Assembly (NCBI GenBank): GCA_014323925.1
Contig: JACONC010000002.1
Coordinates: 58,571 to 122,570, forward strand
DNA: 64,000 nt
Reading direction: 5' to 3'
From: Chromatiales bacterium
GTDB taxonomy: Bacteria > Pseudomonadota > Gammaproteobacteria > Poriferisulfidales > Oxydemutatoraceae
The notes beneath the pieces are model-generated. The model ran no database searches, was not told the origin of the DNA, and saw only the letters and a program-made list of their open reading frames with translations. Both the position numbers and the translations under genes were made by a program. Below are positions 10,166 to 20,968 of the stretch, in pieces; position 1 is the first letter of the stretch; each line of letters starts with the position of its first letter.

Positions 10166-11371
10166 ATGTCGGATATTTCTAAAATAGTATTGGCTTATTC
10201 GGGTGGTCTGGATACTTCAATTATACTCAAATGGCTGCAGCAAGAATATAACACCGAAGTCTATGCTTTTATTGCCGATGTTGGGCAAGGGGAGGAAATT
10301 GAACCGGCGGTAAAAAAAGCCCGATTGTTGGGAGCTGCTGATGTTTTTGTTGAGGATTTACGAGAAACCTTTGTCGGTGATTTTGTCTTTCCTATGTTTC
10401 GCGCCAACACGGTTTATGAAGGGGAGTACTTATTAGGCACTTCTATTGCACGACCGCTCATTGCCCAATATCTAGTAAAAGCGGCCGCCGCAGTAGGAGC
10501 CGATGCTATTGCCCACGGAGCTACGGGGAAAGGCAATGATCAAGTGCGCTTTGAGTTATCTGCCTACGCGCTAAACTCCGATATTCGTATCATTGCCCCT
10601 TGGCGACAGTGGCAACTCAATTCGCGCAGCGCCTTGCTTGATTATGCCAGACAACACAACATACCCACTGAAAGTACTTCGGGTGGTGCACCTTATTCAA
10701 TGGATGCCAACCTGTTGCACACCTCTTATGAAGGTGGCATATTGGAAGATCCGTCGTCTGCGCCCGAACCGACGATGTGGCAAAGAACCGCTGATCCGCA
10801 AAACACTCCTGATATACCACAAACTGTAGAACTCGCTTTTAACAAAGGAGATCCGTGTGTGATAGATGGTGACACGCTGTCGCCGGCCAAGATGTTAGAA
10901 CGCTTAAATCAAATCGCCGGTACACACGGTGTAGGAAGAGTGGATATGGTTGAGAACCGCTATGTAGGCATGAAATCCAGAGGCTGTTATGAGACCCCCG
11001 GTGGCACACTATTGCTGAAAGCACACCGCGCAATAGAATCGCTTACTTTGGATAGAGAGTTGGCACACTTAAAAGATGAACTGATGCCGCGTTATGCTGC
11101 ACTAATTTATAACGGCTATTGGTGGAGTGAAGAGCGTAGAGCATTGCAACAACTTATTGATTATAGCCAAGCGAATGTGACTGGCACAGTACGCCTGAAG
11201 TTATACAAAGCGAATGTTGAAATCATCGGCAGACAGTCACCCAATAGTTTATTTGACAGTGCGGTTGCCAGCTTTGAGGATGACCAAGGCGCATACAACC
11301 CACGCGACGCTGAAGGTTTTATCAAACTTAACGCACTACGCCTGCGCAAATCAGGAGCTACTGATAACTAA
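10166..11371 (+). CDS. argG: Argininosuccinate synthase
   Basis: [11 protein letters not shown]-loop, conserved core [13 protein letters not shown]. Confidence 0.95.
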   Translation: MSDISKIVLAYSGGLDTSIILKWLQQEYNTEVYAFIADVGQGEEIEPAVKKARLLGAADVFVEDLRETFVGDFVFPMFRANTVYEGEYLLGTSIARPLIAQYLVKAAAAVGADAIAHGATGKGNDQVRFELSAYALNSDIRIIAPWRQWQLNSRSALLDYARQHNIPTESTSGGAPYSMDANLLHTSYEGGILEDPSSAPEPTMWQRTADPQNTPDIPQTVELAFNKGDPCVIDGDTLSPAKMLERLNQIAGTHGVGRVDMVENRYVGMKSRGCYETPGGTLLLKAHRAIESLTLDRELAHLKDELMPRYAALIYNGYWWSEERRALQQLIDYSQANVTGTVRLKLYKANVEIIGRQSPNSLFDSAVASFEDDQGAYNPRDAEGFIKLNALRLRKSGATDN

Positions 11372-11541
11372 GAATAGTTTGCATACTACTAGACCTAAAG
11401 GGCGCACGCGTGTTGCTGGCTGTGGGCATGTGTAACCTGCTATGGCGCATCGTAGAGCCACCTAGTCATAGTAGCGGCATAAATACCCATTGAATATTTG
11501 CTGAGTTTTATTATAGATAACTAGGTTATAATTGCCTATCA

Positions 11542-12759
11542 ATGTCCTTAGTAGTCCAAAAGTTCGGCGGCACATCGGTTGCTTCCGTTGAATTAATCGA
11601 GCATGTTGCAACCTTAGTTAAAGACACCTGTAGCCAAGGCCATCAGGTTATCGTCGTGGTCTCGGCGATGAGCGGTGAGACTGACCGATTGCTCGGCTTG
11701 GCTGAGAAAGTGGATGAGTATTATAACGGTCGAGAACTAGACGCGCTATTGGCTACTGGTGAACAAGGCAGTGCTGCTTTATTGGCGATAGCTTTGAATA
11801 AGCAGGGCATTCAGGCAGTTTCTATGACCGGCTGGCAAGTCGGTATGCTGACCGACCAGAACTACAATAAAGCGCGCATCCAATCTATAGATGCAAGCAA
11901 GATAAAAAAGTGCTTGGAGCAGAGCAAGGTAGTCGTGGTAGCAGGTTTTCAAGGTATAGATGAGAATGGCAACATCACCACATTAGGGCGTGGTGGGTCG
12001 GATACCACCGCAGTTGCACTCGCAGCCGAACTTAAATGTTTGGAGTGCAGAATCTACACGGATGTGGACGGTATTTACACTACTGACCCGCGCATTGAAC
12101 CCAAAGCCCGCCGCCTCAAGTCGATTACTTTTGAAGAGATGCTAGAAATGGCGAGTTTGGGTTCCAAAGTGTTGCAGATACGCTCAGTGGAATTAGCCGG
12201 CAAGTATAATGTACCCATCAGAGTATTGTCTACCTTCAAAGAAGGTCGGGGTACACTGATTAGCTATGAGGAAAATTCAATGGAAAAGATGAGAATTTCG
12301 GGTGTTGCATCCAATCGTGATGAAGCGCAGCTGACTGTGCGCGGGGTGCCTGATAAGCCTGGGGTTGCAGCGAATATATTGGCACCAATCGCAGATGCCA
12401 ATATAGAAATAGATATGATTGTTCAAAATGTTGGTTCGCGGGATGGTATTGCCGACTTTACTTTTACTGTCCATCGCAGAGACTATCGCAAAGCGATGCA
12501 AGTTTTGGAGAACACAGTTGCAGAATTGGGATCTGGCCGAGTCATCGGCACTGACGACATTGTCAAGGTTTCTTTAGTCGGAGTTGGTATGCGCTCGCAC
12601 GCTGGGATTGCATCTAAAATGTTTAGTGCACTTGCGCAGGCCGATATAGACATCCGCATGATATCTACTTCAGAGATAAAAATCTCCGTTGTCATTAAAG
12701 AAGAACTCATGAACAAAGCGGTACAAGTTTTGCACGATGCTTTTGGTTTGGATAAATAG
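11542..12759 (+). CDS. lysC: Aspartate kinase (monofunctional, with ACT domains)
   Basis: VQKFGGTSV kinase N-terminus, two C-terminal ACT repeats. Confidence 0.9.
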   Translation: MSLVVQKFGGTSVASVELIEHVATLVKDTCSQGHQVIVVVSAMSGETDRLLGLAEKVDEYYNGRELDALLATGEQGSAALLAIALNKQGIQAVSMTGWQVGMLTDQNYNKARIQSIDASKIKKCLEQSKVVVVAGFQGIDENGNITTLGRGGSDTTAVALAAELKCLECRIYTDVDGIYTTDPRIEPKARRLKSITFEEMLEMASLGSKVLQIRSVELAGKYNVPIRVLSTFKEGRGTLISYEENSMEKMRISGVASNRDEAQLTVRGVPDKPGVAANILAPIADANIEIDMIVQNVGSRDGIADFTFTVHRRDYRKAMQVLENTVAELGSGRVIGTDDIVKVSLVGVGMRSHAGIASKMFSALAQADIDIRMISTSEIKISVVIKEELMNKAVQVLHDAFGLDK

Positions 12760-12893
12760 CACTGTCGAGTTTTATCAAGCCTGCCTACAGAACTTTACTG
12801 GTTGTGTAGTAGCGGAAACCTAAGGGATTTAATAAGTAGCTAAATATCCTGCTAAAAATCGCCCTTTTTTTCAAGAGATATGCACACTCACCG

Positions 12894-13316
12894 TTAAATA
12901 TCGGCTTCAAACCCAAGTGCTACCGAATTAATGCAATAGCGCAAACCTGTAGGTTGGGGGCCATCTTCAAATACATGTCCTAGATGCGCCTCGCAGACTT
13001 TGCATAGAACTTCGGTTCGCTTCATGCCTAAGGAATAATCGTCTCGCGTTTCTATTGCTTCCTCGTTGGCGGGAGCATAAAAACTTGGCCAACCACTCCC
13101 CGAATCAAATTTAGTTTGTGAAGAAAACAACAGGGCATTGCAACAAACACAACGATAAACTCCTTCAGCCTTGCTTGCATAGTATTGCCCACTAAACGGA
13201 GACTCCGTGCCTTTTAGACGACACACTCGGTACTGTTCGTCATCCAATATTTTGCGCCACTCCTGATTGCTTCTAATGATTTTATTCATAAGCAAAAATA
13301 ACGCTACAACTGCCAA
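12894..13316 (-). CDS. msrB: Peptide-methionine (R)-S-oxide reductase MsrB
   Basis: Two CxxC zinc pairs (CRLKGTES..., CVCCNALLF) and catalytic RYCINS motif; true start possibly internal (MNKII..). Confidence 0.85.
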   Translation of the reverse strand: MAVVALFLLMNKIIRSNQEWRKILDDEQYRVCRLKGTESPFSGQYYASKAEGVYRCVCCNALLFSSQTKFDSGSGWPSFYAPANEEAIETRDDYSLGMKRTEVLCKVCEAHLGHVFEDGPQPTGLRYCINSVALGFEADI

Positions 13317-13362
13317 GGTTGCAAGACAATGAAAAAGCTAAGCAAGGAGAGCTATAGGCGCA

Positions 13363-15450
13363 CTACTCAGAGTGCTTCATGGTCAATCGGACTCGTCCTT
13401 GTTTATCTATGTCTAGCACTTTCACCCTGACTTCATCGCCTTCATTGACTTTATCCCTAATATTCTTGACATGTTCTTCGCAAATCTGCGAGATATGCAA
13501 TAAGCCATCTTTGCCTGGCAAAACGGATACAAAGGCACCAAAATCCATAATACGTACAACCTTCCCGTCATAGATCTTTCCTATTTCTACATCGGCGGTT
13601 AGTTCTTCAATCCGACTTTTCGCTTGATTGGCTGACTCACCGTCTGGTGAGGCTATCACTATCGTACCGTCATCTTCTACATTAATGACAGCACCGGTTT
13701 CTTCAGTTAGCGCTTTGATTGTCGCCCCTCCTTTGCCGATAACATCTTTTATTTTACTCGGCTTAACCTTCAGGGTTAGCAGTTTAGGAGCATACTGTGA
13801 AAACGCCTTAGGACTATCAAGAACTGCATTCATTTTGCCAAGAATATGCAGGCGGCCGTCTCTAGCTTGCTCTAAAGCAACGAACATAATCTCTGGACTG
13901 ACGCCTTCTATCTTTATATCCATCTGCAATGCTGTGATACCTTTCTCAGTACCCGCAACCTTGAAATCCATATCTCCGAAATGATCCTCATCTCCCATAA
14001 TGTCGCTTAACACCGCATAACGCTCGTCTTGCAAGATCAATCCCATAGCAATGCCACCTACATGCGATTTAAGCGGAACGCCGGCATCCATCAATGACAT
14101 ACTGGCACCGCAAATCGACGCCATAGAACTGGAGCCATTTGATTCGGTTATTTCCGAGACAACTCGTATTACATAAGGAAATTCACTCTTGTCAGGCATT
14201 ACTGCCTGCAAGCCTCGCTTTGCTAAATTGCCATGACCTATCTCGCGACGCTTAGGAGAACCCATAAATCCAACTTCACCGACACAATAAGCCGGGAAAT
14301 TATAGTGCAACATAAAACGCTCTCGATACTCATTTTCAAGCCCGTCTATAATTTGAGCATCTTTATCAGTGCCTAGCGTTGTGCTAACAATAGCTTGGGT
14401 TTCACCGCGCGTAAATAAAGCGTCCCCATGCACCCTAGGCAATTGCCCGACTTCAATACTAATAGGTCTAATCGTACGAGTGTCGCGCCCGTCTATACGC
14501 GGATCTCCGTTGATAATTCTATTACGAACAATCTTCTTTTCTAGCATAGAAAATGCATTCAGTATTTGCATCTCACGGTTGTCTTTATCTTCTTCGTTAT
14601 TGTCATCAGCGAGTAATGTGAGTGCTCGCTCGCGTAACTCGGCAACTTTCTCTTGGCGTTCAATCTTATCAGCAATGGTATAAGCTGCTTGTAATGCAGA
14701 AGCGATGCTGTTCTCCAATTCTTGCATTAATCCATCAAGGTTAGCCATAGGTTGCCAATCCCACTTCGGATTACCAACTTCTTTCGCCATCTCCTTAATT
14801 GCAGTGATAGCCGGCTGCATCTGCTCGTGTCCGAAAACAACTGCACCCAACATCTGCTCTTCACTCAACTGGTTTGCTTTTGATTCAACCATAAGAACCG
14901 CCTTATCAGTGCCGGCTACAACCAGATCTAGGTCTGAAGCAGACAACTGATCTAATCTGGGGTTTAACAAATAATTCCCGTCTTGAAAACCGATACGCGC
15001 AGCTCCTATAGGACCGTTAAACGGAATACCTGAAATAGTAAGCGCAGCGGATGTTGCCAATAGAGCTGGGATATCTGCATCTACTTTGGGGTTTAGTGAT
15101 AGAACCGTGGCGACAACCTGTACTTCATCAGAAAAACCTTCCGGGAACAAAGGACGGATAGGCCTATCTATTAGCCTAGATGTTAAAGTTTCTTTTTCCG
15201 AAGGTCTGCCCTCGCGCTTAAAAAAACCTCCTGGTATTTTCCCAGCCGCGTATGTACGTTCCTGATAATAAACCGACAGTGGTAGAAAATCACGATAGGT
15301 GGAAGCTTCTCGCTTGCTAGCAACATTTGCCATAACTACAGTGTCGTCTATATTGACTACTACCGAACTATCAGCTTGCCGAGCAATTTTGCCAGTTTCT
15401 AATGTGACACTATGGGCACCATACTGGAATGTTTTCCGCACTACACGCAT
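13363..15450 (-). CDS. pnp: Polyribonucleotide nucleotidyltransferase (PNPase)
   Basis: Two RNase PH domains, KH and S1 domains, ~695 aa; downstream of rpsO. Confidence 0.95.
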   Translation of the reverse strand: MRVVRKTFQYGAHSVTLETGKIARQADSSVVVNIDDTVVMANVASKREASTYRDFLPLSVYYQERTYAAGKIPGGFFKREGRPSEKETLTSRLIDRPIRPLFPEGFSDEVQVVATVLSLNPKVDADIPALLATSAALTISGIPFNGPIGAARIGFQDGNYLLNPRLDQLSASDLDLVVAGTDKAVLMVESKANQLSEEQMLGAVVFGHEQMQPAITAIKEMAKEVGNPKWDWQPMANLDGLMQELENSIASALQAAYTIADKIERQEKVAELRERALTLLADDNNEEDKDNREMQILNAFSMLEKKIVRNRIINGDPRIDGRDTRTIRPISIEVGQLPRVHGDALFTRGETQAIVSTTLGTDKDAQIIDGLENEYRERFMLHYNFPAYCVGEVGFMGSPKRREIGHGNLAKRGLQAVMPDKSEFPYVIRVVSEITESNGSSSMASICGASMSLMDAGVPLKSHVGGIAMGLILQDERYAVLSDIMGDEDHFGDMDFKVAGTEKGITALQMDIKIEGVSPEIMFVALEQARDGRLHILGKMNAVLDSPKAFSQYAPKLLTLKVKPSKIKDVIGKGGATIKALTEETGAVINVEDDGTIVIASPDGESANQAKSRIEELTADVEIGKIYDGKVVRIMDFGAFVSVLPGKDGLLHISQICEEHVKNIRDKVNEGDEVRVKVLDIDKQGRVRLTMKHSE

Positions 15451-15476
15451 ATTCTCTTTCTCTTCCGCCTAAATGA

Positions 15477-15746
15477 TTATCGGCGCAATCCCAGAGACGA
15501 TATTAAAGTTTGGTAGCGGTTTTTATCTTTGAATTTTAAGTAATCAAGAAGCTGGCGGCGTGAATTAACCATTCTAAGTAATCCCCTCCGCGAATGTGTA
15601 TCTTTCTTATGCTCTATGAAATGACTTTGGAGTCCATTGATACGCTTGGTCAATAGTGCAACTTGTACTTCGGTTGAACCAGTATCATTTTCGGAACGCG
15701 CATATTGCTTAACTACTTCAATTTTTTCTTCTTTACTTAAAGGCAT
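15477..15746 (-). CDS. rpsO: 30S ribosomal protein S15
   Basis: 89 aa, [15 protein letters not shown]...[11 protein letters not shown]...HSRRGLL; rpsO-pnp synteny. Confidence 0.95.
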   Translation of the reverse strand: MPLSKEEKIEVVKQYARSENDTGSTEVQVALLTKRINGLQSHFIEHKKDTHSRRGLLRMVNSRRQLLDYLKFKDKNRYQTLISSLGLRR

Positions 15747-16010
15747 TTTTTGTCTCTATTAATATCTGTGCATTATATCATAAAAAATAAGATAGCTTGT
15801 AAGTTAAATATTTAAGTGTAAGGGCAAAGCAGAAATGTGGGGCTTTTGAAAAAGTAGGCTTTATCCTCTGAAGCTATACTGGGATGAAAAATGTTGATGT
15901 GAACGAAAACCTTATCCAGTGAAAATAAAAATCTAAAGTGGCCGATAACCTCTTTTCCACTAAAACGCTGATACTAAAATCTAAAATGGATCACAGGCTA
16001 TATATAAACT

Positions 16011-16754
16011 TTAACTGCGATCCAGTATTATAGGAATTTCGTTCCAAATTTTTCCGTCAAGATCCCTACCATTGACCTTTTTGTTACGGCTCTGCCCATC
16101 TTCACCCCAACGTCCCCATTGTTTGAAAAAAAACGGAATCTTCTTTGTCTGGCATTGTTTTTGAATTGACATTACCCAGGCTTTATCCATCAATCTGGCT
16201 TTATGCCCGGATTCACCACCCACAATGACCCAATGAATACCATCCAAATCTATTACACCTAAATCTTCTAATAAGGGTTCTATAGATAAAAATCTTATTT
16301 TTGCTGAAATTTCACGCAGTATTGGTATTCTTGGAAGGCCATGTTTCTTATTTTCTACTGAAACACCAAGCCATATATTGTCAGGAATCATACGCTTATT
16401 AAAATATTTTGCCATGATTTTAGGGCGCTTGGTTAAAAGCTGATAGTTATGTTGTGGCGACTGGTGGATTGTCTCCATAACACGGTCAATAAAATGAAAC
16501 GGAACATAAGGATGGAATAAATCACTCATTGAGTTTATAAAATATATGGTCGGTGTTTTACGCAGCAACGGCTGCTTTAAGCGCTCTTCATGGCAAGACA
16601 CGGTAAAGCCGTTTTCATAACCAGAAACCCTCATAGCCTGCAATCGTCGTGCCATTACTTCGGCATAACAATACTTGCATCCTGCTGATATTTTTGTGCA
16701 ACCTGTAACAGGATTCCAAGTGCGTTCTGTCCATTCAATGCCTGAATTACTCAT
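16011..16754 (-). CDS. DUF5131 / phage Gp37-Gp68 family 'three-Cys-motif' protein
   Basis: Family-hallmark N-terminus IEWTERTWNPVTGCTKISAGCKYCYAE (Cx6Cx2C), downstream NSMSDLFH and GGESG motifs; last gene of R-M operon. Confidence 0.8.
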   Translation of the reverse strand: MSNSGIEWTERTWNPVTGCTKISAGCKYCYAEVMARRLQAMRVSGYENGFTVSCHEERLKQPLLRKTPTIYFINSMSDLFHPYVPFHFIDRVMETIHQSPQHNYQLLTKRPKIMAKYFNKRMIPDNIWLGVSVENKKHGLPRIPILREISAKIRFLSIEPLLEDLGVIDLDGIHWVIVGGESGHKARLMDKAWVMSIQKQCQTKKIPFFFKQWGRWGEDGQSRNKKVNGRDLDGKIWNEIPIILDRS

Positions 16755-16778
16755 GCTTCAAAACCATAATTTTATCCG

Positions 16779-17858
16779 TTAAAGAAATAAAGTTGGGTTT
16801 CTATTTTTTTTGAGAGAAATCGTAATTTTATCTTTGTATTTATTTCTGTCCTTGTATTCTGTTAGGTAGAAAGCACCTGGTGTTCTTTTCTGCTTCGGAA
16901 TAATTTCTAGTTTCCCTTCTATTTCCATTTCCTGTAGCACAGGGCGAACATCAGGAGGTAAAAAACCTTTCTTAACAATTTCTTCTGACAGTTCTGTATT
17001 ACTTATTGGTCCCTGTTTTTTAAGAAGCTCAGACAGATACTGATTTATTTGAGCATTATTAAAATCAGAAAAAGTTAGTTGCTGTTCTAGCTTATTTTTT
17101 ATATCATTTTTTGCTTTCAAAAATTTTTCTGCACCAGTTCTATGCTTAGTAATAAAAAATAAATGGTAGTGCGTATTTGCTACATTTCTGTTTTCTAATT
17201 CATAACTGTATCCATATTCAGTTTGCGCCATTTCTTTTAGAATTTTTATTAGTTTATCTGCAAAAGTGTGCTTTTTGCTTTTGCTTAATTCGCTCTCACT
17301 CATGCCTAAATTCAAAAGAAACCGGCGGGCAGGTTTATCTTTGTCATCTTTGTTATCTTTATCATCTTTGAATCTATAGATATGGTAGGTTGGCATAAAG
17401 ATCAAATAATCAATATTCCTTAAACTGAATAATCTAACTAAGTTGTCTTTTGAATATTGAGTATAGCCGTATGGATCTATAAAAACCAAGCTATGTAGAT
17501 TACGCTTTCCAGCCAAAAAATGGCTCATTCCATCTAGAAATTTTTTAGCATCCGCATTGAAAGTTTTCACAAAGTCTAAGTATTTATCCATTGATTTTTC
17601 TAGTCGCCGATGCTTTTCATCGTCTAGTTCGTTTAGAAATAAACGAATGTCTTTTTTATTATATTTTTCTCTAAATTCCTTTATAGTTTCTACCGCCACC
17701 ATTGCACTTCCTTTCTCTCCACCATCGTATACTCCTTCGCCTGCGAATGGTTCCCATACAGCAATCCTATCCCACTGATCTGAATTGCACATAACGAAAA
17801 GATAATGAGTTAGATACGCTTCGTATACGGCTATCTTCTCTTTTGTGTGTGGTTTCAT
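16779..17858 (-). CDS. TcmP-like partner protein (three-Cys-motif partner family), function unknown
   Basis: 359 aa; N-terminal HTKEKIAVYEAYLTHYL resembles recalled TcmP start; 24 bp upstream of DUF5131 gene on same strand; internal (DKD)n repeat; no HMM confirmation possible here. Confidence 0.45.
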   Translation of the reverse strand: MKPHTKEKIAVYEAYLTHYLFVMCNSDQWDRIAVWEPFAGEGVYDGGEKGSAMVAVETIKEFREKYNKKDIRLFLNELDDEKHRRLEKSMDKYLDFVKTFNADAKKFLDGMSHFLAGKRNLHSLVFIDPYGYTQYSKDNLVRLFSLRNIDYLIFMPTYHIYRFKDDKDNKDDKDKPARRFLLNLGMSESELSKSKKHTFADKLIKILKEMAQTEYGYSYELENRNVANTHYHLFFITKHRTGAEKFLKAKNDIKNKLEQQLTFSDFNNAQINQYLSELLKKQGPISNTELSEEIVKKGFLPPDVRPVLQEMEIEGKLEIIPKQKRTPGAFYLTEYKDRNKYKDKITISLKKNRNPTLFL

Positions 17859-17923
17859 TGAAGCATTATATGTTAAATGAGGTAAGTTTAGATTCTATAT
17901 ACTTTTTATAAAGTTGTTAGCTA

Positions 17924-20900
17924 TTAGTCAAAGATTGTAGAGATGTTGTTTGTCCAGTAACGGCTATATGCTTTGGAGGCGGTTGGCTCAGGGTTGAACA
18001 GCAAAAGTTTGATAGATACTTTTTGATTTTTTTTGTAGGTAAATAATTTAGGTTGTCCTGATTGCTCGAATAACTCTTTGTAACCGTCTATTTTGTGATA
18101 TGCGTTGGTGTGGGTTGTTCCTTTGGGGTCAACGAATACGATTTGATATTGGTTATCTTTACACATCCAAAAAATAAAATCAGGTAAAAATCGGCTATAG
18201 CTATGCACTTTGCTGTTGAAGTAGGGTATGTATATATTGTCCAGTGATTCATCTATTTTACTAAACATCCAGGCGTCCCATCGTCCGTTATCGTTTTGTG
18301 CAGTCCATTCTTCTAGTTTTTCAAGAAAATCAATCTCGCTCCGTTCTTTAACGATGTGCTGGATAAAGTTAGCCTGTTTGTGTCCGAGTATGATCGGCAG
18401 GTAATAGTGCTTGGCAATTTTTTTGATGGTCAGACCTTCGTGCTCCAGAGATTCTTCTCCGTCAATTATGTCTGCAAGCTGTTCGCGATTAATTAAGTCT
18501 TTTTCAAGTTTCTTAAATAATGCGGGCAGTTCCTCATCGGAGGTTTTACCGGCTTTAACCTGACGGATCTTCTTTGAAAGGTCGTTTAGGTATTTCTCTT
18601 GCACACGGATTTGGCGAAAATGGACAATGTCTTGCTGTCCTTCTGTTTCCTTGATGGGCCTCACCCCGCGGGTTTCTTCAATTTCGGTGTCAATGTGATG
18701 TAGCAGCCGACTTTGCAAAAAGGATAGTTGGTTGTAGTGTTTTTCTGGCTTAATCTCTATATGACTTTGTTGAGTAATCATTTTTTCTAAGCCATCAATC
18801 TGCGGTTTTGTCCATCTATCGCGAACGATGAACACTGATTCTGAAGTGGCTGCAAACCAGCGCTTGAATCTGTTCAGGGTTTGCTCGTTCATTGTAAATT
18901 TCGGTAGCTGTTGGCTACTACGCACCGCCCGATATTCGGGGACTAGCAAAGGCATTTTTACACGAGTGCTCTTGATTCTGGGTCTTTGTTCGAGTTCAAA
19001 CCCAGGCAACAATTCAAACGATGAATCTCTTTCCGTTTTCAATCCTTCTAAGACGGTCTTGATGGCTTCGCGATTAGTCGCGAATATAAACAATGTCTCA
19101 ATCGGCAATACTTTATCTAGGTGTTTTTCTAAGATAGCTTTTGTATTGTCGTCTAATTTAATCTCGCCCTGACTCGGCTGATAATTGCGTCTTTTCAAGT
19201 TAGCTTTTTTATTGCTGTCTTTCGTGAGCACTTGTTGTAGACGGCCGCGCTTGCTCGGAAGCGGTTGTATCCGCACTCCGCGGCCGATTGATTGGACGAC
19301 GAATTTTTTGGCATCGCTACCGACGCCGATATTGATATAGTTGATGATATTGGGGCGATTGGAATCCCAGCTTTCAAAAAATGAACGAGAGCCCATCAGG
19401 ATAGTAATCGGTCTTTTTTCTAGTTCGTCAAAGAACGATTTTTCTTGCAATGTGGTGGTTTCTTCATAGTTTGCAAGCAGATTGTTGCGCCACTTGGCAG
19501 TACTACCAATGCGTATCAATGCAAATGGCGAGGCAGCATTTTTCATCTGAAATGCTAGCTCTTTGTCATCTTTACTACGCACATATTGCAAGGCTCCCTT
19601 TCTTGTACTCAGAAAAACCATTTTTCGCAGCTTAGCAACCGTCATTTCTTCAATGGTTTTTTCGTCGCCGTCCAGGATATTTTGTTTGTTTGTGCTGAAA
19701 AGTAATTCTGCATTTTCCCAGTTGCTGACTAATTCCTCTTTTGCGGTCTTAAAAAGTTCATCAGTAATCTCTCCGCTGGCTATGCTACGCAAAGTTTCAA
19801 AAAAAGCTCGCAGATCATTTCGGTGGATATCGGTATTAACCGAATTGACCAAAGTCAGCATCAACGGTAAGTGATACAAATCGTTTCTCAAACCTGTGCT
19901 ATCTCGTAGCGCCTCAACCCGCATGGAAATATAAGCAAGGGCGATGAGTGATTTCAAAACTATTTTTTTTCGCTCAGTATCATTCACTTCTTCTCTTCTA
20001 TACCTAAATGCATCATACTCGCTTTCGTTCAGGTAGATGTTTTTACTTCGTCCTTCTTTTATAAACTCTGCCAAGTTATATTTTTTCACGGTGGTTGCAA
20101 TATCTTTTGGGTCAGTGAAAGTGGCAGAAAAGTTAAACAGAAATCCGTTGCGTGACATAACGGTATAATATGCTTGCCGTTTAGAATCTTCCTTAGTGCC
20201 TTTGTGCGCTTCGTCCAGTAAGATGAACCATTTGCCGTCTCTCTCGTAAGTTTGGTAGTCGGTCCGATTTTCTTTTTGTACATCGGAGATGTTGTCGCTG
20301 CGATGATAATATACCGGTATGGTATCTCCTAGAAGACCTTGATGTGCCCTCTGCATTGAGCGCAATGCGATTAAATCAATAGCTGCATCACGCGCATAGT
20401 TGAATTCATCAACCGTTTGCCGTATTTGCTTTAACAAATGCTCGCTTGGTGCCAGTATGAGAATGGGGTAGTTGGGAATTTCGTTGCGTTGCTGCAAAAA
20501 GTGCAAATACTCTATCAGTTTAATCATCACTAATGTTTTACCGCTGCCCGTTGCCATCCAAAAACACATTCGGTTGATCAGCTGGTGGTATTGGATAGAG
20601 GCTCCGTCGGGGGTAATGTATTCCGATAAGATACGGAACACTTCATTTTGTTTGTTTTTTTCTCTATTGGAGCGGGTGTCGTACTTTACTATGTCCGAAA
20701 ATTGAGCATTTGTATACAAAGCTCTGAAATTCCGCTTACGCCGCTCATCAGTTTGCTCTGGTTCGCTGGGTTGCCAATCGTATTTCTCTTGGTAATATCT
20801 AAACAGCGCGCAGGCAGCGTTCTTTAGAGCCGAGCGTTGATAGTCATATAATCGCTTGCGTTCGGAGAATGTGTAAATATCGTCTATACGCCAAGTTTCT

Positions 20901-20968
20901 GGTAGCTCGTCGTAGTGGACAGAACGGGCTATTTCTTCAAGGGTAGAAGTCATGCATTTCCCCACCAT
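17924..20968 (-). CDS. res: Type III restriction enzyme Res subunit (SF2 helicase-nuclease)
   Basis: Walker A MATGSGKTL, DEAH-box ILLDEAHKGT, C-terminal PD..D-x-K-like motif (LPDFIF...VFVDPKG); 19-nt overlap with upstream mod. Confidence 0.8.
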   Translation of the reverse strand: MVGKCMTSTLEEIARSVHYDELPETWRIDDIYTFSERKRLYDYQRSALKNAACALFRYYQEKYDWQPSEPEQTDERRKRNFRALYTNAQFSDIVKYDTRSNREKNKQNEVFRILSEYITPDGASIQYHQLINRMCFWMATGSGKTLVMIKLIEYLHFLQQRNEIPNYPILILAPSEHLLKQIRQTVDEFNYARDAAIDLIALRSMQRAHQGLLGDTIPVYYHRSDNISDVQKENRTDYQTYERDGKWFILLDEAHKGTKEDSKRQAYYTVMSRNGFLFNFSATFTDPKDIATTVKKYNLAEFIKEGRSKNIYLNESEYDAFRYRREEVNDTERKKIVLKSLIALAYISMRVEALRDSTGLRNDLYHLPLMLTLVNSVNTDIHRNDLRAFFETLRSIASGEITDELFKTAKEELVSNWENAELLFSTNKQNILDGDEKTIEEMTVAKLRKMVFLSTRKGALQYVRSKDDKELAFQMKNAASPFALIRIGSTAKWRNNLLANYEETTTLQEKSFFDELEKRPITILMGSRSFFESWDSNRPNIINYINIGVGSDAKKFVVQSIGRGVRIQPLPSKRGRLQQVLTKDSNKKANLKRRNYQPSQGEIKLDDNTKAILEKHLDKVLPIETLFIFATNREAIKTVLEGLKTERDSSFELLPGFELEQRPRIKSTRVKMPLLVPEYRAVRSSQQLPKFTMNEQTLNRFKRWFAATSESVFIVRDRWTKPQIDGLEKMITQQSHIEIKPEKHYNQLSFLQSRLLHHIDTEIEETRGVRPIKETEGQQDIVHFRQIRVQEKYLNDLSKKIRQVKAGKTSDEELPALFKKLEKDLINREQLADIIDGEESLEHEGLTIKKIAKHYYLPIILGHKQANFIQHIVKERSEIDFLEKLEEWTAQNDNGRWDAWMFSKIDESLDNIYIPYFNSKVHSYSRFLPDFIFWMCKDNQYQIVFVDPKGTTHTNAYHKIDGYKELFEQSGQPKLFTYKKNQKVSIKLLLFNPEPTASKAYSRYWTNNISTIFD

